Assembly (NCBI GenBank): GCA_963750165.1
Contig: CAVVPN010000009.1
Location: 64,045-128,044 of the forward strand
Source: an uncultured Gemmataceae bacterium
GTDB lineage: Bacteria; Planctomycetota; Planctomycetia; Gemmatales; Gemmataceae
DNA length: 64,000 bases
Direction: 5' to 3'
Shown: positions 11,960-21,779 of the stretch, piece after piece
Position numbering within the stretch: the first letter of the stretch is position 1
Layout of the letters: every line of letters begins with the position of its first letter
Notes under the pieces: model-generated
Told to the model about the DNA's origin: nothing
Seen by the model: only the letters and a program-made list of their open reading frames with translations
Database searches by the model: none
Translations under genes and position numbers: made by a program

Positions 11960-12021
11960 GTCCGAGCCCGAGCGCCAGCGCGGGGGCCAGCGCTGCCCCG
12001 CGCTGGCGCTCGGGCTCGGAC
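11960..12021. repeat. intergenic palindrome (REP-like)
   Basis: GTCCGAGCCCGAGCGCCAGCGCGGGG...CCCCGCGCTGGCGCTCGGGCTCGGAC, 26-bp perfect arms. Confidence 0.8.
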
Positions 12022-12041
12022 CAGAGAACGAGGAGGCCGCC

Positions 12042-12530
12042 ATGCAGGTCAAGGTGTTCAACCGACAGGGCCAACTGGTCGGCCCGGTCGAGTCGCTGCG
12101 CGTCGAGAAGACCGACGCGGAGTGGCGCGCCCAACTGTCGCCCGAGCAGTATCACGTCGCCCGCGGCAAGGGCACCGAACGGCCCTACTGCGGCACCCTG
12201 CTCGACAACAAGCGTCAGGGCGTGTACAGCTGCGTCTGCTGTGGACTGCCGCTGTTCTCGTCGCAGGCGAAGTTCCACTCCGGCACCGGCTGGCCGAGCT
12301 TCTTCCAACCCGTCGCCGCGGAGAACGTCATCACACAGACGGACTCAAGCTACGGCATGGTTCGCAGCGAAATCCTCTGCGCCCGCTGCGACTGCCACCT
12401 GGGCCACGTCTTCGAGGACGGCCCCGCGCCCACCGGGCTGCGCTTCTGCGTCAACTCGGAGTCGCTGACCTTCACCGACGAACAGGATCTGGCCCGGCTC
12501 GCCGACCCGTCCGCCGACGCGCCAGGCTAG
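12042..12530 (+). CDS. msrB: peptide-methionine (R)-S-oxide reductase
   Basis: KGTERP, KFHSGTGWPSF, HLGHVFEDGP, RFCVNSESL. Confidence 0.95.
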   Translation: MQVKVFNRQGQLVGPVESLRVEKTDAEWRAQLSPEQYHVARGKGTERPYCGTLLDNKRQGVYSCVCCGLPLFSSQAKFHSGTGWPSFFQPVAAENVITQTDSSYGMVRSEILCARCDCHLGHVFEDGPAPTGLRFCVNSESLTFTDEQDLARLADPSADAPG

Positions 12531-12715
12531 CCGGTGTCAGACTGCCCCGGGGGCGGGCCTCCGCGCTCCTGGGGCAGCTTTTCCAGGCGCTGGCGGATTA
12601 ACTTCAGATCCTTGTAGATGCCCCAGCCGAAGGCGAAGAGGACGCCCGTCATTCCGAAGAGAACTAACGTCATTCCAAGGAGCATGGGGATTAAATTGTA
12701 GATGGCCATTTCCAT
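12527..12715 (-). CDS. small single-pass membrane protein
   Basis: 62 aa, hydrophobic N-terminal half, GGAGG RBS upstream. Confidence 0.5.
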   Translation of the reverse strand: MEMAIYNLIPMLLGMTLVLFGMTGVLFAFGWGIYKDLKLIRQRLEKLPQERGGPPPGQSDTG

Positions 12716-12887
12716 GGGTTCCTCCGTCGTCTACCGCAGCCGGGCTCTTGGAAAAGATACTGTCTGGATTGTCGGGCCGAGGCCTGGTCCGCGTCAAACT
12801 ATTTTTCGCAGTCCCAACGGCCCGAGACTGGGGTAAGATCAGGGTATCCGTTCGGGGAGTCGCCACGCGGTTGTGGGCCAGCGGATC

Positions 12888-13472
12888 ATGTCGGACACCT
12901 CGGCCAGCCTGCTCGAACGCCTGCGCGCCCAGCCCGACGGCGACGCCTGGCGGCGGCTCGTCAGCATCTACACGCCGCTGCTGCGCCAGTGGCTGGGGCG
13001 GCACGGCCTGCAACCCTCCGACGTGGACGATCTGACCCAGGACGTGCTCGCGGTGGTCGTGCGCGAGTTGCCGCAGTTCGAGCACAACCAGCGCACGGGG
13101 GCGTTCCGGCGCTGGCTGCGGACGATCCTGGTCAATCGCCTGCGCGGTTTCTGGCGGGCGCGGCAGTCTCGGCCGACCGTCGTCGGCAGCGACCTCGGCC
13201 CGGTGCTGGAGCAACTCGAAGACCCCGCCAGCGGCCTGAGCCAGTTGTGGGACCGGGAACACGACCGTCACGTCATGGGCCGGCTGCTGGAACTGATCGA
13301 GCCGCAGGTGACGCCGGCCACCTGGCAGGCTTTTCGCCGCGTCGTCCTGGAGGGCAAGAATGAGGAGGCGGTCGCGGCGGAACTCGGCCTGACGGTCAAT
13401 GCGGTGTTCATCGCCAAGTCGCGGGTGCTGGCCCGGCTGCGGCACGAGGCCAAGGAGTTGATCGACCCCTAG
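12888..13472 (+). CDS. ECF sigma-70 factor
   Basis: TSASLLERLR...AWRRLVSIYTPLL, DDLTQDV, FRRWLRTI, region 4 VAAELGLTVNAVFIAKSRV. Confidence 0.92.
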   Translation: MSDTSASLLERLRAQPDGDAWRRLVSIYTPLLRQWLGRHGLQPSDVDDLTQDVLAVVVRELPQFEHNQRTGAFRRWLRTILVNRLRGFWRARQSRPTVVGSDLGPVLEQLEDPASGLSQLWDREHDRHVMGRLLELIEPQVTPATWQAFRRVVLEGKNEEAVAAELGLTVNAVFIAKSRVLARLRHEAKELIDP

Positions 13473-13548
13473 AAAATTTTGGTGAAAAGATTCGGCCCGT
13501 CGCGCACTCTAGTTATGACGCACATCGTTTCGACCGGGAGGCGGGACC

Positions 13549-15801
13549 ATGATCGACCTTCATCCGGGTCCGGACCAGCTGGCGGCGTTCCGTTTGGGGA
13601 AACTCAGCGACGCGGACTTCGCCGCCTTTGAGGAGCACGTCGCCGGGTGCGATGACTGTTGCCGGCAGTTGAAAAACCTCCCGGACGACTCGTTCGTCTG
13701 CCTGGTACGCCAGTCCACCGACCCGACCCCCGCGGCGCCGGCCGACCGGGGCACACGGACCTGGACCGCAGGCGACACCCTGACCGAGGCGGTCCCGGAC
13801 CTGCCGCCGGAGCTGTACGACCACCCGCGCTATCAAATCCTGACGAAACTCGGCCACGGCGGCATGGGGGTGGTCTACCAGGCGCGGCACCGACTCATGG
13901 ACCGCGTGGTGGCGCTCAAGGTGCTCTGCCCGCGGTTGCTGGACCGGCCTGCGTCGGTCGAGCGCTTCCGCCGCGAGGTCCAGAACGCCGCCCGCCTCAG
14001 CCACGCCAACATCGTCACCGCCTACGACGCCGACCAGGCCGGCACCGCCCACTTCCTGGTTATGGAATACGTCGAGGGCGTCAGCCTGGCCCGGCTCGTG
14101 GAGGAGCGCGGGCCGCTGCCGGTCGTGCAGGCGTGTGCCTACGTCCGCCAGGCGGCGCTGGGGCTGCAGCACGCCTGCGCCTGCGGCATGGTCCACCGCG
14201 ACATCAAGCCGCAAAACCTGATGGTCAGCGGCGCGGAGCTGGGGACGATCAAGATCCTGGACTTCGGCCTGGCCCACTTCGTCAGCGAGACGGCCATCGA
14301 GACACGCGCCGAGGGCGGGGCCGCCGACCCCAGCGGCCGGCTGACGCAGGCCAGCACCGTCATGGGCACGCCGGACTACATCGCCCCGGAACAGGCCCGG
14401 GCCGCCCACACCGCCGACATCCGCGCCGACCTCTATAGCCTCGGCTGCACCCTGTACTTCCTGCTCGCCGGCCACGCCCCGTTCCCGCACGGCGAACCCA
14501 TCCAGAAGGTAAAGGCCCATCTCGAACAGACGCCGCGCCCCCTGAACGAACTCCGGCCCGACGTGCCCGCCGAACTGATGCGCGTGCTGGAACGCCTGCT
14601 GGACAAGAATCCCGCCCGGCGCTACCAAACGCCCGCCGAACTGGCCGACGCCCTGGCGCCGTTCACGGCACCGCGGCCGGCGCCGCGGCCGTGGCGGCGC
14701 TTGCTGGTGCGCGTGCTCGCGGCCCTGGTGATAGCGGCAGCAGTGAACCTCGCGGCGCACGTGCTCCGTCCGCCGACGGATAACGGCCCCGTTATCCCGG
14801 GTGCGCCAAAGACGGCGGCGCCGAACGCGGCGTCACCGCCCCAGGGCGTGCAATTCAACGGCAAGGACTCCGTGTTGGGTGCTAAAGACGAACTCAGAAT
14901 TCGGCGCCTGCTCAGCCAAAACAACCTGCGCCAGATCATTCAGGCTCTGCTGGTCTACCACGACACCCATAAGCGCTTCCCACCGCCAGCGATCTGTGAC
15001 GCCAGGGGCAAACCGCTGTTGAGTTGGCGGGTGGCCCTCCTGCCGTTTCTTGAAGCGGGGCCCCTGTTCAAGCAGTTCAAGCTCGACGAACCGTGGGACA
15101 GCGCGCACAATCGAAAACTGCTGGAGAAGATGCCCAACGTCTACGGGCCGCACTGGGTCAAGACCACGCCGCCGCATGCGACCTTCTACCAGGCGATTGT
15201 CGGCCCCGGCGCCGACATCGAGTTACGCCCAGTCAAGGGAGTTCCCCTGGGCGCGGCGGGGCGCGGCGTGCAGGACTTCCCCGCAGGCGTCGCGAACACG
15301 GCCCTCGTGATCGAGGCGGCTGAGCCGGTGCCGTGGACCAGTCCCGCCGACCTGGTTTATGACCCCACCGGCCCGCTGCCGAAACTGGGCGGCCTCTGCG
15401 CGCCCGGGTTCCATGCTGCGTTCGCGGATGGTGCCGTCCGCTTTCATTCCCATCTTCTGGACGAGAAGACGCTGCGTACCCTGCTCACGCGGACCAGACC
15501 GGACCAACCGCCGGCCGGGCAGCGGACCCAAACCCTGGAGTTCGGCACCCTCCGGAACGCCCGCGCGGACCTGGTAGCCAACGCGATTTGCACCTGGCAC
15601 CGCACCAGCAAGTGGAAGCACATCACCCTGACGGTCGTCTCCAACCGGCCGCAAAACACCCTGACCGTCACCTGCTCCGAGCCCCTGGTCGATGAAATCC
15701 GGAAGCTGGTCGAGCGGTTGGAGAAGGAAGCGGCGAAAGGGCGGGAGGCGTTCCTGCCGCTGTTCAACGGCAAGGACCTGACGGGCTGGGGCGGCGACTG
15801 A
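13549..15801 (+). CDS. Ser/Thr kinase: zinc anti-sigma-like N-terminus, kinase, TM, DUF1559-like domain, truncated DUF1080 start
   Basis: HxxxCxxC (EEHVAGCDDC); GHGGMGVVY, HRDIKPQN, DFG, GTPDYIAPE; NNLRQI...YHDTHKRFPP...LSWRVALLPF...AAFADGAVR; ends LFNGKDLTGW. Confidence 0.88.
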   Translation: MIDLHPGPDQLAAFRLGKLSDADFAAFEEHVAGCDDCCRQLKNLPDDSFVCLVRQSTDPTPAAPADRGTRTWTAGDTLTEAVPDLPPELYDHPRYQILTKLGHGGMGVVYQARHRLMDRVVALKVLCPRLLDRPASVERFRREVQNAARLSHANIVTAYDADQAGTAHFLVMEYVEGVSLARLVEERGPLPVVQACAYVRQAALGLQHACACGMVHRDIKPQNLMVSGAELGTIKILDFGLAHFVSETAIETRAEGGAADPSGRLTQASTVMGTPDYIAPEQARAAHTADIRADLYSLGCTLYFLLAGHAPFPHGEPIQKVKAHLEQTPRPLNELRPDVPAELMRVLERLLDKNPARRYQTPAELADALAPFTAPRPAPRPWRRLLVRVLAALVIAAAVNLAAHVLRPPTDNGPVIPGAPKTAAPNAASPPQGVQFNGKDSVLGAKDELRIRRLLSQNNLRQIIQALLVYHDTHKRFPPPAICDARGKPLLSWRVALLPFLEAGPLFKQFKLDEPWDSAHNRKLLEKMPNVYGPHWVKTTPPHATFYQAIVGPGADIELRPVKGVPLGAAGRGVQDFPAGVANTALVIEAAEPVPWTSPADLVYDPTGPLPKLGGLCAPGFHAAFADGAVRFHSHLLDEKTLRTLLTRTRPDQPPAGQRTQTLEFGTLRNARADLVANAICTWHRTSKWKHITLTVVSNRPQNTLTVTCSEPLVDEIRKLVERLEKEAAKGREAFLPLFNGKDLTGWGGD

Positions 15802-15947
15802 CCGTGCTCGTCAACGGGCAAAAAGTAACCGATGAGCTGCTGTACACCGCGGAAGGGGTGCTGATTTTCCACGTGACGGGGGCGCACCAGCCGGAAGCGG
15901 TGCTGCGCAACGTGCAGATCCGCGAACTGCCCCCGGCGTCGAAGTAG
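15794..15947 (+). pseudogene. out-of-frame C-terminal remnant of a DUF1080 (3-keto-disaccharide hydrolase-like) domain
   Basis: Shifted frame reads RLTVLVNGQKV...AVLRNVQIRELPPASK*, the typical DUF1080 end. Confidence 0.6.
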
Positions 15948-15958
15948 CGGCCGTCGCC

Positions 15959-15987
15959 TTGCCGGCTGCGGCGGCGCCGGCTACAAC
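15959..15987 (+). promoter_or_regulatory. sigma70-type promoter for the downstream structured RNA
   Basis: TTGCCG-17 nt-TACAAC; predicted start ~15995 coincides with the 5' end of the closing stem. Confidence 0.55.
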
Positions 15988-15994
15988 ACGTCCC

Positions 15995-16267
15995 AGGTTG
16001 GGGCTTCTTCGGGGCGGAGGATTAGCTTGGTGCTCTGCATCACGGGCGATGTTGCGTCGCCCGAGCGTTTGCTACCCCGATCGTCTCAGGGAAGGCTGTT
16101 TCAGGCTCGCCGATGGCTACCCGGAGAGGAATTCCCCGGGACGGCCTGGGACAACCACGCGGCCCGCGGTTCCGTCCCGGGGAATTCCTCCCCGGGTAGC
16201 CGCGAGCCCGTGAGCCTTCCGTGACCCAGGCGGAGAAGTAGTCCCGCTCCCGGGGAAGCCCCCAACC
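15995..16267 (+). ncRNA. ~270-nt rod-shaped structured RNA, 6S RNA-like candidate
   Basis: Closing stem GGTTGGGGCTTC.../...GAAGCCCCCAACC, asymmetric central bubble, long apical stem (16115-16144 pairs with 16172-16201); no credible ORF. Confidence 0.6.
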
Positions 16268-16289
16268 ACTCCCTCCCGCCGCTCGTTCA

Positions 16290-17144
16290 CTACGCGGACC
16301 CTGCCGCCCCGCCGCCGAAGCGCCGCGCGAACGGCTGCAAATTCCCACCGTCCCCGCTGCGGTCGAGCACCGCGAACACCACGTGCCGGAACACGCCGCG
16401 GAACGGCCCATCCCCCGTCAGCAGGCGGGCGAACCAGTCCGCGACCGCCTCCGGATCGTTGGCAAAGACGCCGCAGCCCCACGCCCCGAGCACCAGCACG
16501 TCATGGCCGTGGTGCGCCGCCACCGCCAGCACCCTGTCCATGCGCGCGAGCATCACCGGCTCGATGTGCTGGACGTGGTGCGGTTCGTTGCGGCGCACGG
16601 CGCCGGCGTTGACGGCCGGGGCGGTCAGGATCGACACCAGGAACGGCTCCTCCAGCAGCCGGTCGTCGTCGTCGCGGAACACTGGCACGTCGGGCGCGTA
16701 AATCATGTGGTCGGTGTAGAGGCACGACGAAAAACGCTGGTTGGTGTCGTACATCTCCTGGAACTGGTTGAGGCAGGGGGACAGCCCGGAGGCGCGGGCC
16801 AAACTTTCCTCCTGGGCCTGGCTGCCGCCCAGGAAGCCGCCGCCGGGGTGCCGCGCCGACGCGAAGTTCAGCGCCAGCACCCGCGCCGCCCCGTCGCGCA
16901 GCAGCCGGGCCGCCGCGTGCAGGGTGGTTTCGTTGGCGACCTCGAAGGCCGTGGCGGCGCCGCCGGCGGCCGGGCGCGGCAGCTGGTCGAGGCGGCCCGG
17001 CGTGTACAGGACTGAGCGCGCCAACGCGGCGTCCTGGTCCGGCTGGAGGTGGACGGTGCGGCCGGCGGGGCTGGTGTAGTGCCCCTGGCCCAGAATGTTG
17101 AGCGTTTCCTGGGCGGTCTGCGCCCGTTGCGATCGACTGGCCAT
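16290..17144 (-). CDS. TIGR02452 / bacterial poly(ADP-ribose) glycohydrolase (macrodomain-type PARG)
   Basis: LNFASARHPGGGFLGGSQAQEESL (GGG-X6-8-QEE signature), LVLGAWGCGVF. Confidence 0.9.
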   Translation of the reverse strand: MASRSQRAQTAQETLNILGQGHYTSPAGRTVHLQPDQDAALARSVLYTPGRLDQLPRPAAGGAATAFEVANETTLHAAARLLRDGAARVLALNFASARHPGGGFLGGSQAQEESLARASGLSPCLNQFQEMYDTNQRFSSCLYTDHMIYAPDVPVFRDDDDRLLEEPFLVSILTAPAVNAGAVRRNEPHHVQHIEPVMLARMDRVLAVAAHHGHDVLVLGAWGCGVFANDPEAVADWFARLLTGDGPFRGVFRHVVFAVLDRSGDGGNLQPFARRFGGGAAGSA

Positions 17145-17232
17145 GACGGTTGCTCCTGGCATTGCGCGGTATCCCACGGGGAAGACGGCGGGGCGACCTG
17201 CGGGGTTCACCTCGCGCTCTCCCATTCGAGAC

Positions 17233-17280
17233 CCCGTTTACGTTTCGCGCGGATCTCGACCCGCGCGAAACGTAAACGGG
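17233..17280. repeat. palindromic repeat family B, copy 2
   Basis: CCCGTTTACGTTTCGCGCGG...CCGCGCGAAACGTAAACGGG. Confidence 0.9.
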
Positions 17281-17369
17281 CAGCAGTGAACCGTCGCCGC
17301 CCCTTTTTTGACTTCGCCGCCTATAATATCCAGGTTCGCCCCCTCTTCCGCCTCAGGGATGTCGCACCC

Positions 17370-18131
17370 GTGGAACCGCCCGCCGCCGCTGGCACCTTCA
17401 ACGTGCAGCCGGGCCTGCCGCCCGCCACCGCTGCGCCCGCACCCGCCGCGCCGACCGGCACCACCGAGCTGACCACCGCCTGGCCGCGCCGCGTTCAGTG
17501 GGCGACGGCGGCATTGCTGGGCCTGGCGGGGCTGCTCCTGTTCGTCCACGCGGTGGCGGTGCAGCCGGGCGGCAGCCGGCCTTCGGAAATCCAGCGCAGC
17601 GGACCACTGCACTACCGCGTCGATCTCAACAAGGCCCGCCGCTCCGAACTGCTGCAACTGCCCGGCATCGGCCCGGCGCTGGCGGAGCGCATCGAGGCGT
17701 ACCGCGACGAGGCCGGCGGCTTCCGCAGCGTCGAGGAACTGGCACGGGTGCGCGGCATCGGCCCGGCGACCCTGCAACGGTTGCGACCGCTGGTGTGCGT
17801 CAACGCCGGCGAGTTCGACGACGTGGAGGAGGCCGCCGAGGTCGGGGCCCGCAAGCCCGTGCAGCACATCTCCGCGTACCCGCCAGCCGCCGGCCCGGTG
17901 CGACCGGCCGGCAAGAAGAAGGAAGACAGCCTCAAGGGACCGATCAACGTCAACCGTGCGTCGCAGGCGGAGTTGCAGATGCTGCCCGGCATCGGCCCGA
18001 AGCTGTCGCAGCGCATCCTTGATACGCGGCAGCAGCGGCGCTTCGCCACGGTCGAGGAACTGCGGCGCGTGCCGGGCATCGGTCCGAAAACGCTGGAAAA
18101 ACTACGCCCGCACGTCATCGTCGGAGATTGA
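17370..18131 (+). CDS. comEA: ComEA-like membrane-anchored DNA-binding protein with two HhH modules (start uncertain)
   Basis: TM helix, then VDLNKA...LPGIGPALAERI...VRGIGP and INVNRAS...LPGIGPKLSQRI...VPGIGPKTLEKL. Confidence 0.8.
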   Translation: MEPPAAAGTFNVQPGLPPATAAPAPAAPTGTTELTTAWPRRVQWATAALLGLAGLLLFVHAVAVQPGGSRPSEIQRSGPLHYRVDLNKARRSELLQLPGIGPALAERIEAYRDEAGGFRSVEELARVRGIGPATLQRLRPLVCVNAGEFDDVEEAAEVGARKPVQHISAYPPAAGPVRPAGKKKEDSLKGPINVNRASQAELQMLPGIGPKLSQRILDTRQQRRFATVEELRRVPGIGPKTLEKLRPHVIVGD

Positions 18132-18135
18132 TTGC

Positions 18136-20148
18136 ATGGCGGCCACGTTCGCGTTGTCCTCCCCGTTCCAGCCCGCCGGCGACCAGCCGCAGGCGATCGC
18201 CAAACTCGTCGCCGGCTTCCGCGAGGGCCGGCCGTGTCAGACGCTGCTCGGAGCCACGGGCACGGGCAAGACATACACGGCCGCGCACCTGATCCAGCAA
18301 ATCGGCAAGCCAACGCTCGTCCTGTCGCACAACAAGACGCTGGCGGCCCAGCTGTACAAGGAATTTCGCGGCTTCTTCCCGCGCAACGCCGTCCACTACT
18401 TCATCAGCTACTACGACTATTACCAGCCCGAGGCGTACATCCCGCAGCGCGACATCTACATCGAGAAGGACGCGCTGGTCAACGAGAATATCGACCGCCT
18501 GCGCCTGGCCGCGACCAGCGCCCTGGTCAGCCGCGAGGATGTGATTATCGTCGCCAGCGTGTCGTGCATCTACGGCCTGGGTTCGCCCAGCGACTACAAG
18601 GCCATGATGGTCCGCGTCGTCAAGGGCGAGATCGTGGACCGCGATCAGTTGTTGCTCAAGCTCGTGGACATTCAGTATCAGCGCAACGACGTGGCCTTCG
18701 AGCGCGGCAAGTTCCGCGTGCGCGGCGACGTGGTGGAGGTGTGGCCGGCCTACGAGGAGTTCGCCGTGCGCATCGAACTGTTCGGCGACGAGGTGGAGAA
18801 CCTCGCCATCATCAACCCGGTCAGCGGCGAAACGCTGCGGCCGCTGGAAGACCTGTACATCTACCCGGCGAAGCACTTCGTCACGCCCGAGGAGCGCATC
18901 AAGACGGCGGTGGAAGGCATCCGCACCGAGCTGGAGCAACGGCTGACGCAGTTCCGCCAGGAGGGCAAGCTGCTGGAGGCGCAGCGGCTCAGCGCCCGCA
19001 CGCGCTTCGACATGGAAATGCTGATGGAGGTCGGCCATTGTCCCGGCATCGAGAACTACGCCCGCTGGTTCTCTGGCCGCAAGCCGGGCGAGCCGCCCTA
19101 CTGCCTCTTCGACTTCTTCCCCGAAGACTTCCTGATGATTATCGACGAATCGCACGTGACGCTGCCGCAGTTGCGGGCCATGTTCGCCGGCGACCACTCG
19201 CGCAAGGTCACGTTGGTCGAGCACGGCTTCCGCCTGCCCAGCGCCCTCGACAACCGGCCGCTGCGCTTCGACGAGTGGGAGAAGCGAACCAAGCAACTGC
19301 TGTTCATGTCCGCGACGCCGGGGCCGTATGAACTGGAGCGCACCGGCGGCGAGATTGTCGAACAGGTCATCCGGCCAACGGGCCTGGTCGATCCGCTACT
19401 GCACGTCAAGCCGGCGCGCGGCCAGGTGCCGGACCTGCTCGGCGAGTGCAAGATCCGGGCCGCCAAACAGGAGCGCGTGCTGGTCACGACGCTGACCAAG
19501 CGGCTCGCGGAGGATTTAAGCACGTTCCTCCGCGAGTCGGGGCTGCGCTGCAAATGGCTGCACTCCGAGCTAGACGCCATCGAGCGCGTGCAGATTTTGC
19601 GCGAGCTGCGTGAGGGGGCGTTTGACGTGCTGGTCGGCGTCAACCTGCTGCGCGAGGGGTTGGACCTGCCCGAGGTGTCGCTGGTGGCGATCCTCGACGC
19701 GGACAAGGAGGGCTTCCTGCGCAGCGGCACGTCGCTGATCCAGACCATCGGCCGGGCGGCCCGCAACGTCAACGCCGAGGTCATCCTGTACGCCGACCGC
19801 GTCACCGATTCGATGCAGCGGGCCATGGACGAGACCAACCGCCGCCGGGCGCTGCAGCTGGAATATAACCGGCAGCACAACATCACGCCGGAGAGCGTGC
19901 GCTCGGCGATCAGCATGGGCATTGAGGAGGAGATCGCGGCCCGCAAGCTGGTGCAGCAGGTCGCGGGGCTGCCGGCGGAGGATTACGTCACGGAGGAGTA
20001 TCTGGAGGAACTGCACGGCGAGATGCTGGCGGCGGCGGCGAACCTGGAGTTCGAGCGCGCCGCCCAGCTGCGCGACCAGATCGCCAAGCTCAAGGGCCAG
20101 CCGGCCGCGGCGCCGCAGGGGAAGAAGCGCCGCGGCCGGCGGCGGTAG
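18136..20148 (+). CDS. uvrB: excinuclease ABC subunit B
   Basis: [56 protein letters not shown] domain [11 protein letters not shown]. Confidence 0.98.
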   Translation: MAATFALSSPFQPAGDQPQAIAKLVAGFREGRPCQTLLGATGTGKTYTAAHLIQQIGKPTLVLSHNKTLAAQLYKEFRGFFPRNAVHYFISYYDYYQPEAYIPQRDIYIEKDALVNENIDRLRLAATSALVSREDVIIVASVSCIYGLGSPSDYKAMMVRVVKGEIVDRDQLLLKLVDIQYQRNDVAFERGKFRVRGDVVEVWPAYEEFAVRIELFGDEVENLAIINPVSGETLRPLEDLYIYPAKHFVTPEERIKTAVEGIRTELEQRLTQFRQEGKLLEAQRLSARTRFDMEMLMEVGHCPGIENYARWFSGRKPGEPPYCLFDFFPEDFLMIIDESHVTLPQLRAMFAGDHSRKVTLVEHGFRLPSALDNRPLRFDEWEKRTKQLLFMSATPGPYELERTGGEIVEQVIRPTGLVDPLLHVKPARGQVPDLLGECKIRAAKQERVLVTTLTKRLAEDLSTFLRESGLRCKWLHSELDAIERVQILRELREGAFDVLVGVNLLREGLDLPEVSLVAILDADKEGFLRSGTSLIQTIGRAARNVNAEVILYADRVTDSMQRAMDETNRRRALQLEYNRQHNITPESVRSAISMGIEEEIAARKLVQQVAGLPAEDYVTEEYLEELHGEMLAAAANLEFERAAQLRDQIAKLKGQPAAAPQGKKRRGRRR

Positions 20149-20166
20149 GCGCCGGCCGCACCCACG

Positions 20167-21366
20167 TTACTTCCCCTTTTCCATCACCCAGAGCACGTGC
20201 AGGGTATCCGCCTTCGTGGTCAATTCGGTCGGCCGCGCGATGTCCGGGGCGTGGGCGAAGCATAGCTTGAGCGTGTCCTTCTCCCGCTGGAAAATCCCCT
20301 TCAAGATGCCACCGTCCGGGTGGGTCAGGTCGATCTGCGGTGGTTTGGCGTTGGGGTTGATTTTGTACGCCATTTCCACGCGCTTGCCCTTGGCCTCGAT
20401 CACGATCTTGTCGGCCAAAAACTCCACCTCCGGATGCACGAGCTGCGCGCCGTCGGGGCCTACCTCGGGGAGCACCTTGCCGGTCGCCTCCTGGCGCACC
20501 ACCTGCCACTTGCCGAGCAGGGTTTTCGCATCGACCTTCGGCTGACCGTCTTGTTGCGGCGTGGCCCCCTGGCCGAACAGGGCAAAAAGCCCCACCCCGG
20601 CCACCAGCAGACACGCCACCAGCCCCACGCCCCAGAGTTTCACCTTCGTCCACAGCATGGCTCGCAACACCCCCTGTGCCAGGGCGGCCGCCTGGGCGGA
20701 AACCAGCCCGCCGGCCGCCGAATTCGCCGCGCACGGCAGCGCCGCCTGTGCGGTCGATGCCACCAGCGCCGCCGTCAATGCACACCCCGACAGCGTGACG
20801 CCGCGCCGCTCGAGCCGGCCGCGCAGCAGATCGCGGGCGCGGCTCAACCGGCTCTTGACCGTACCCACCGGGCAGGCCAGTTCGCGGGCCGCCTCCTCGT
20901 TGCTCAGGCCCTGCAGGTAGCAGAGCACCACCGGGCCGCGGTAGCGCGCCGGCATCCGGCCCACCTCCTCGTGGACCAGCGGCCCCAGGTCGCCGTCTGG
21001 CGCCGGTGGCGCCGCGGCGTGGGTGAGGTCCGCGGTCAGGCCCTCGCGCTGCCGGCGCCGGGCCGCGGCGGCGCGGGCGCGTCGGGCGACGCGCAGGGCG
21101 ACGCCGTACAGCCAGTTCGCCAGCAACTCGCGTTGCCGCAACTGGCCGGCCCGGCGCACCAGGACGAGGAAGGTCGCCTGGAAGGCGTCCTCCGCGTCCT
21201 GGTGGTCGCGCAGCAGCTGGCGGCAGACGGCGAAGACCATCGGCCCGTGTCGCTCCACCAGCGCCGCGAAGGCGGCGCCGTCGGTCGCGGTCACGAAGCG
21301 CTGCAGCAGCGCCGCGTCCGTCAGCGCCTGCCCGTCGGTCATCACGGCGTTCGTCCCTCCGTTCAC
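20167..21366 (-). CDS. planctomycete ECF sigma factor with TM and TIGR03067-like C-terminal domain
   Basis: DAALLQRF...AFAALVERHGPMV...DAEDAFQATFLVL; GTVKSRLSRAR; LLGKWQVV...GIFQREKDTLKLCF. Confidence 0.88.
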   Translation of the reverse strand: MNGGTNAVMTDGQALTDAALLQRFVTATDGAAFAALVERHGPMVFAVCRQLLRDHQDAEDAFQATFLVLVRRAGQLRQRELLANWLYGVALRVARRARAAAARRRQREGLTADLTHAAAPPAPDGDLGPLVHEEVGRMPARYRGPVVLCYLQGLSNEEAARELACPVGTVKSRLSRARDLLRGRLERRGVTLSGCALTAALVASTAQAALPCAANSAAGGLVSAQAAALAQGVLRAMLWTKVKLWGVGLVACLLVAGVGLFALFGQGATPQQDGQPKVDAKTLLGKWQVVRQEATGKVLPEVGPDGAQLVHPEVEFLADKIVIEAKGKRVEMAYKINPNAKPPQIDLTHPDGGILKGIFQREKDTLKLCFAHAPDIARPTELTTKADTLHVLWVMEKGK

Positions 21367-21438
21367 GCTGTCTGCCCTGGTACTGCACGCGGGAGGTCGG
21401 CCGGTTCCGTCATTTTCCCGGCCCGGTCATTTTTTCAC

Positions 21439-21477
21439 GCGCCGCAGGTGAAGAAGCGCCGCGGCCGGCGGCGGTGA
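21439..21477 (+). repeat. 39-bp copy of the uvrB 3' end
   Basis: GCGCCGCAGGTGAAGAAGCGCCGCGGCCGGCGGCGGTGA versus uvrB 20110-20148. Confidence 0.9.
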
Positions 21478-21532
21478 GACTTGGTTTCGTTCTCCGGTTC
21501 TGATTCAGCTACCCGGGAAGTTGACCCGCGTG

Positions 21533-21560
21533 TTGACAGAACCGCCCGGTCTGGGACAAT
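21533..21560 (+). promoter_or_regulatory. sigma70 promoter of the TA operon, probably leaderless transcript
   Basis: TTGACA-16 nt-GACAAT; the ATG lies 6 nt after the -10 box. Confidence 0.55.
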
Positions 21561-21566
21561 AAAAGC

Positions 21567-21779
21567 ATGGAAACGAAAGACACCGTAGCCTCAGACGTAC
21601 TGACGGACCTGGAAGAGATTCTCCGCCAGGCCGCCGCCGGAGGGCCAAAAGACCCTGAACTGGTACGCCGCATCCAGGAGCGCTCGCGCAAGGCTCGGGC
21701 AGCCACCCTGCGCACCCACGGCGTGCAGGAGATCGGCGTCCGCATCATCCGCGAGATGCGTGACGGTATCGGCGCATGA
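21567..21779 (+). CDS. putative antitoxin
   Basis: 70 aa, ATGA overlap with the PIN toxin, ends IIREMRD like VapB C-termini. Confidence 0.7.
   Translation: METKDTVASDVLTDLEEILRQAAAGGPKDPELVRRIQERSRKARAATLRTHGVQEIGVRIIREMRDGIGA

Noticed and set aside
15995..16270. tmRNA, SRP RNA or RNase P RNA
   Set aside because: Lacks a T-arm GTTCRA, the SRP GGAA/AGCAG loop and the RNase P GAGGAAAGTCC signature.
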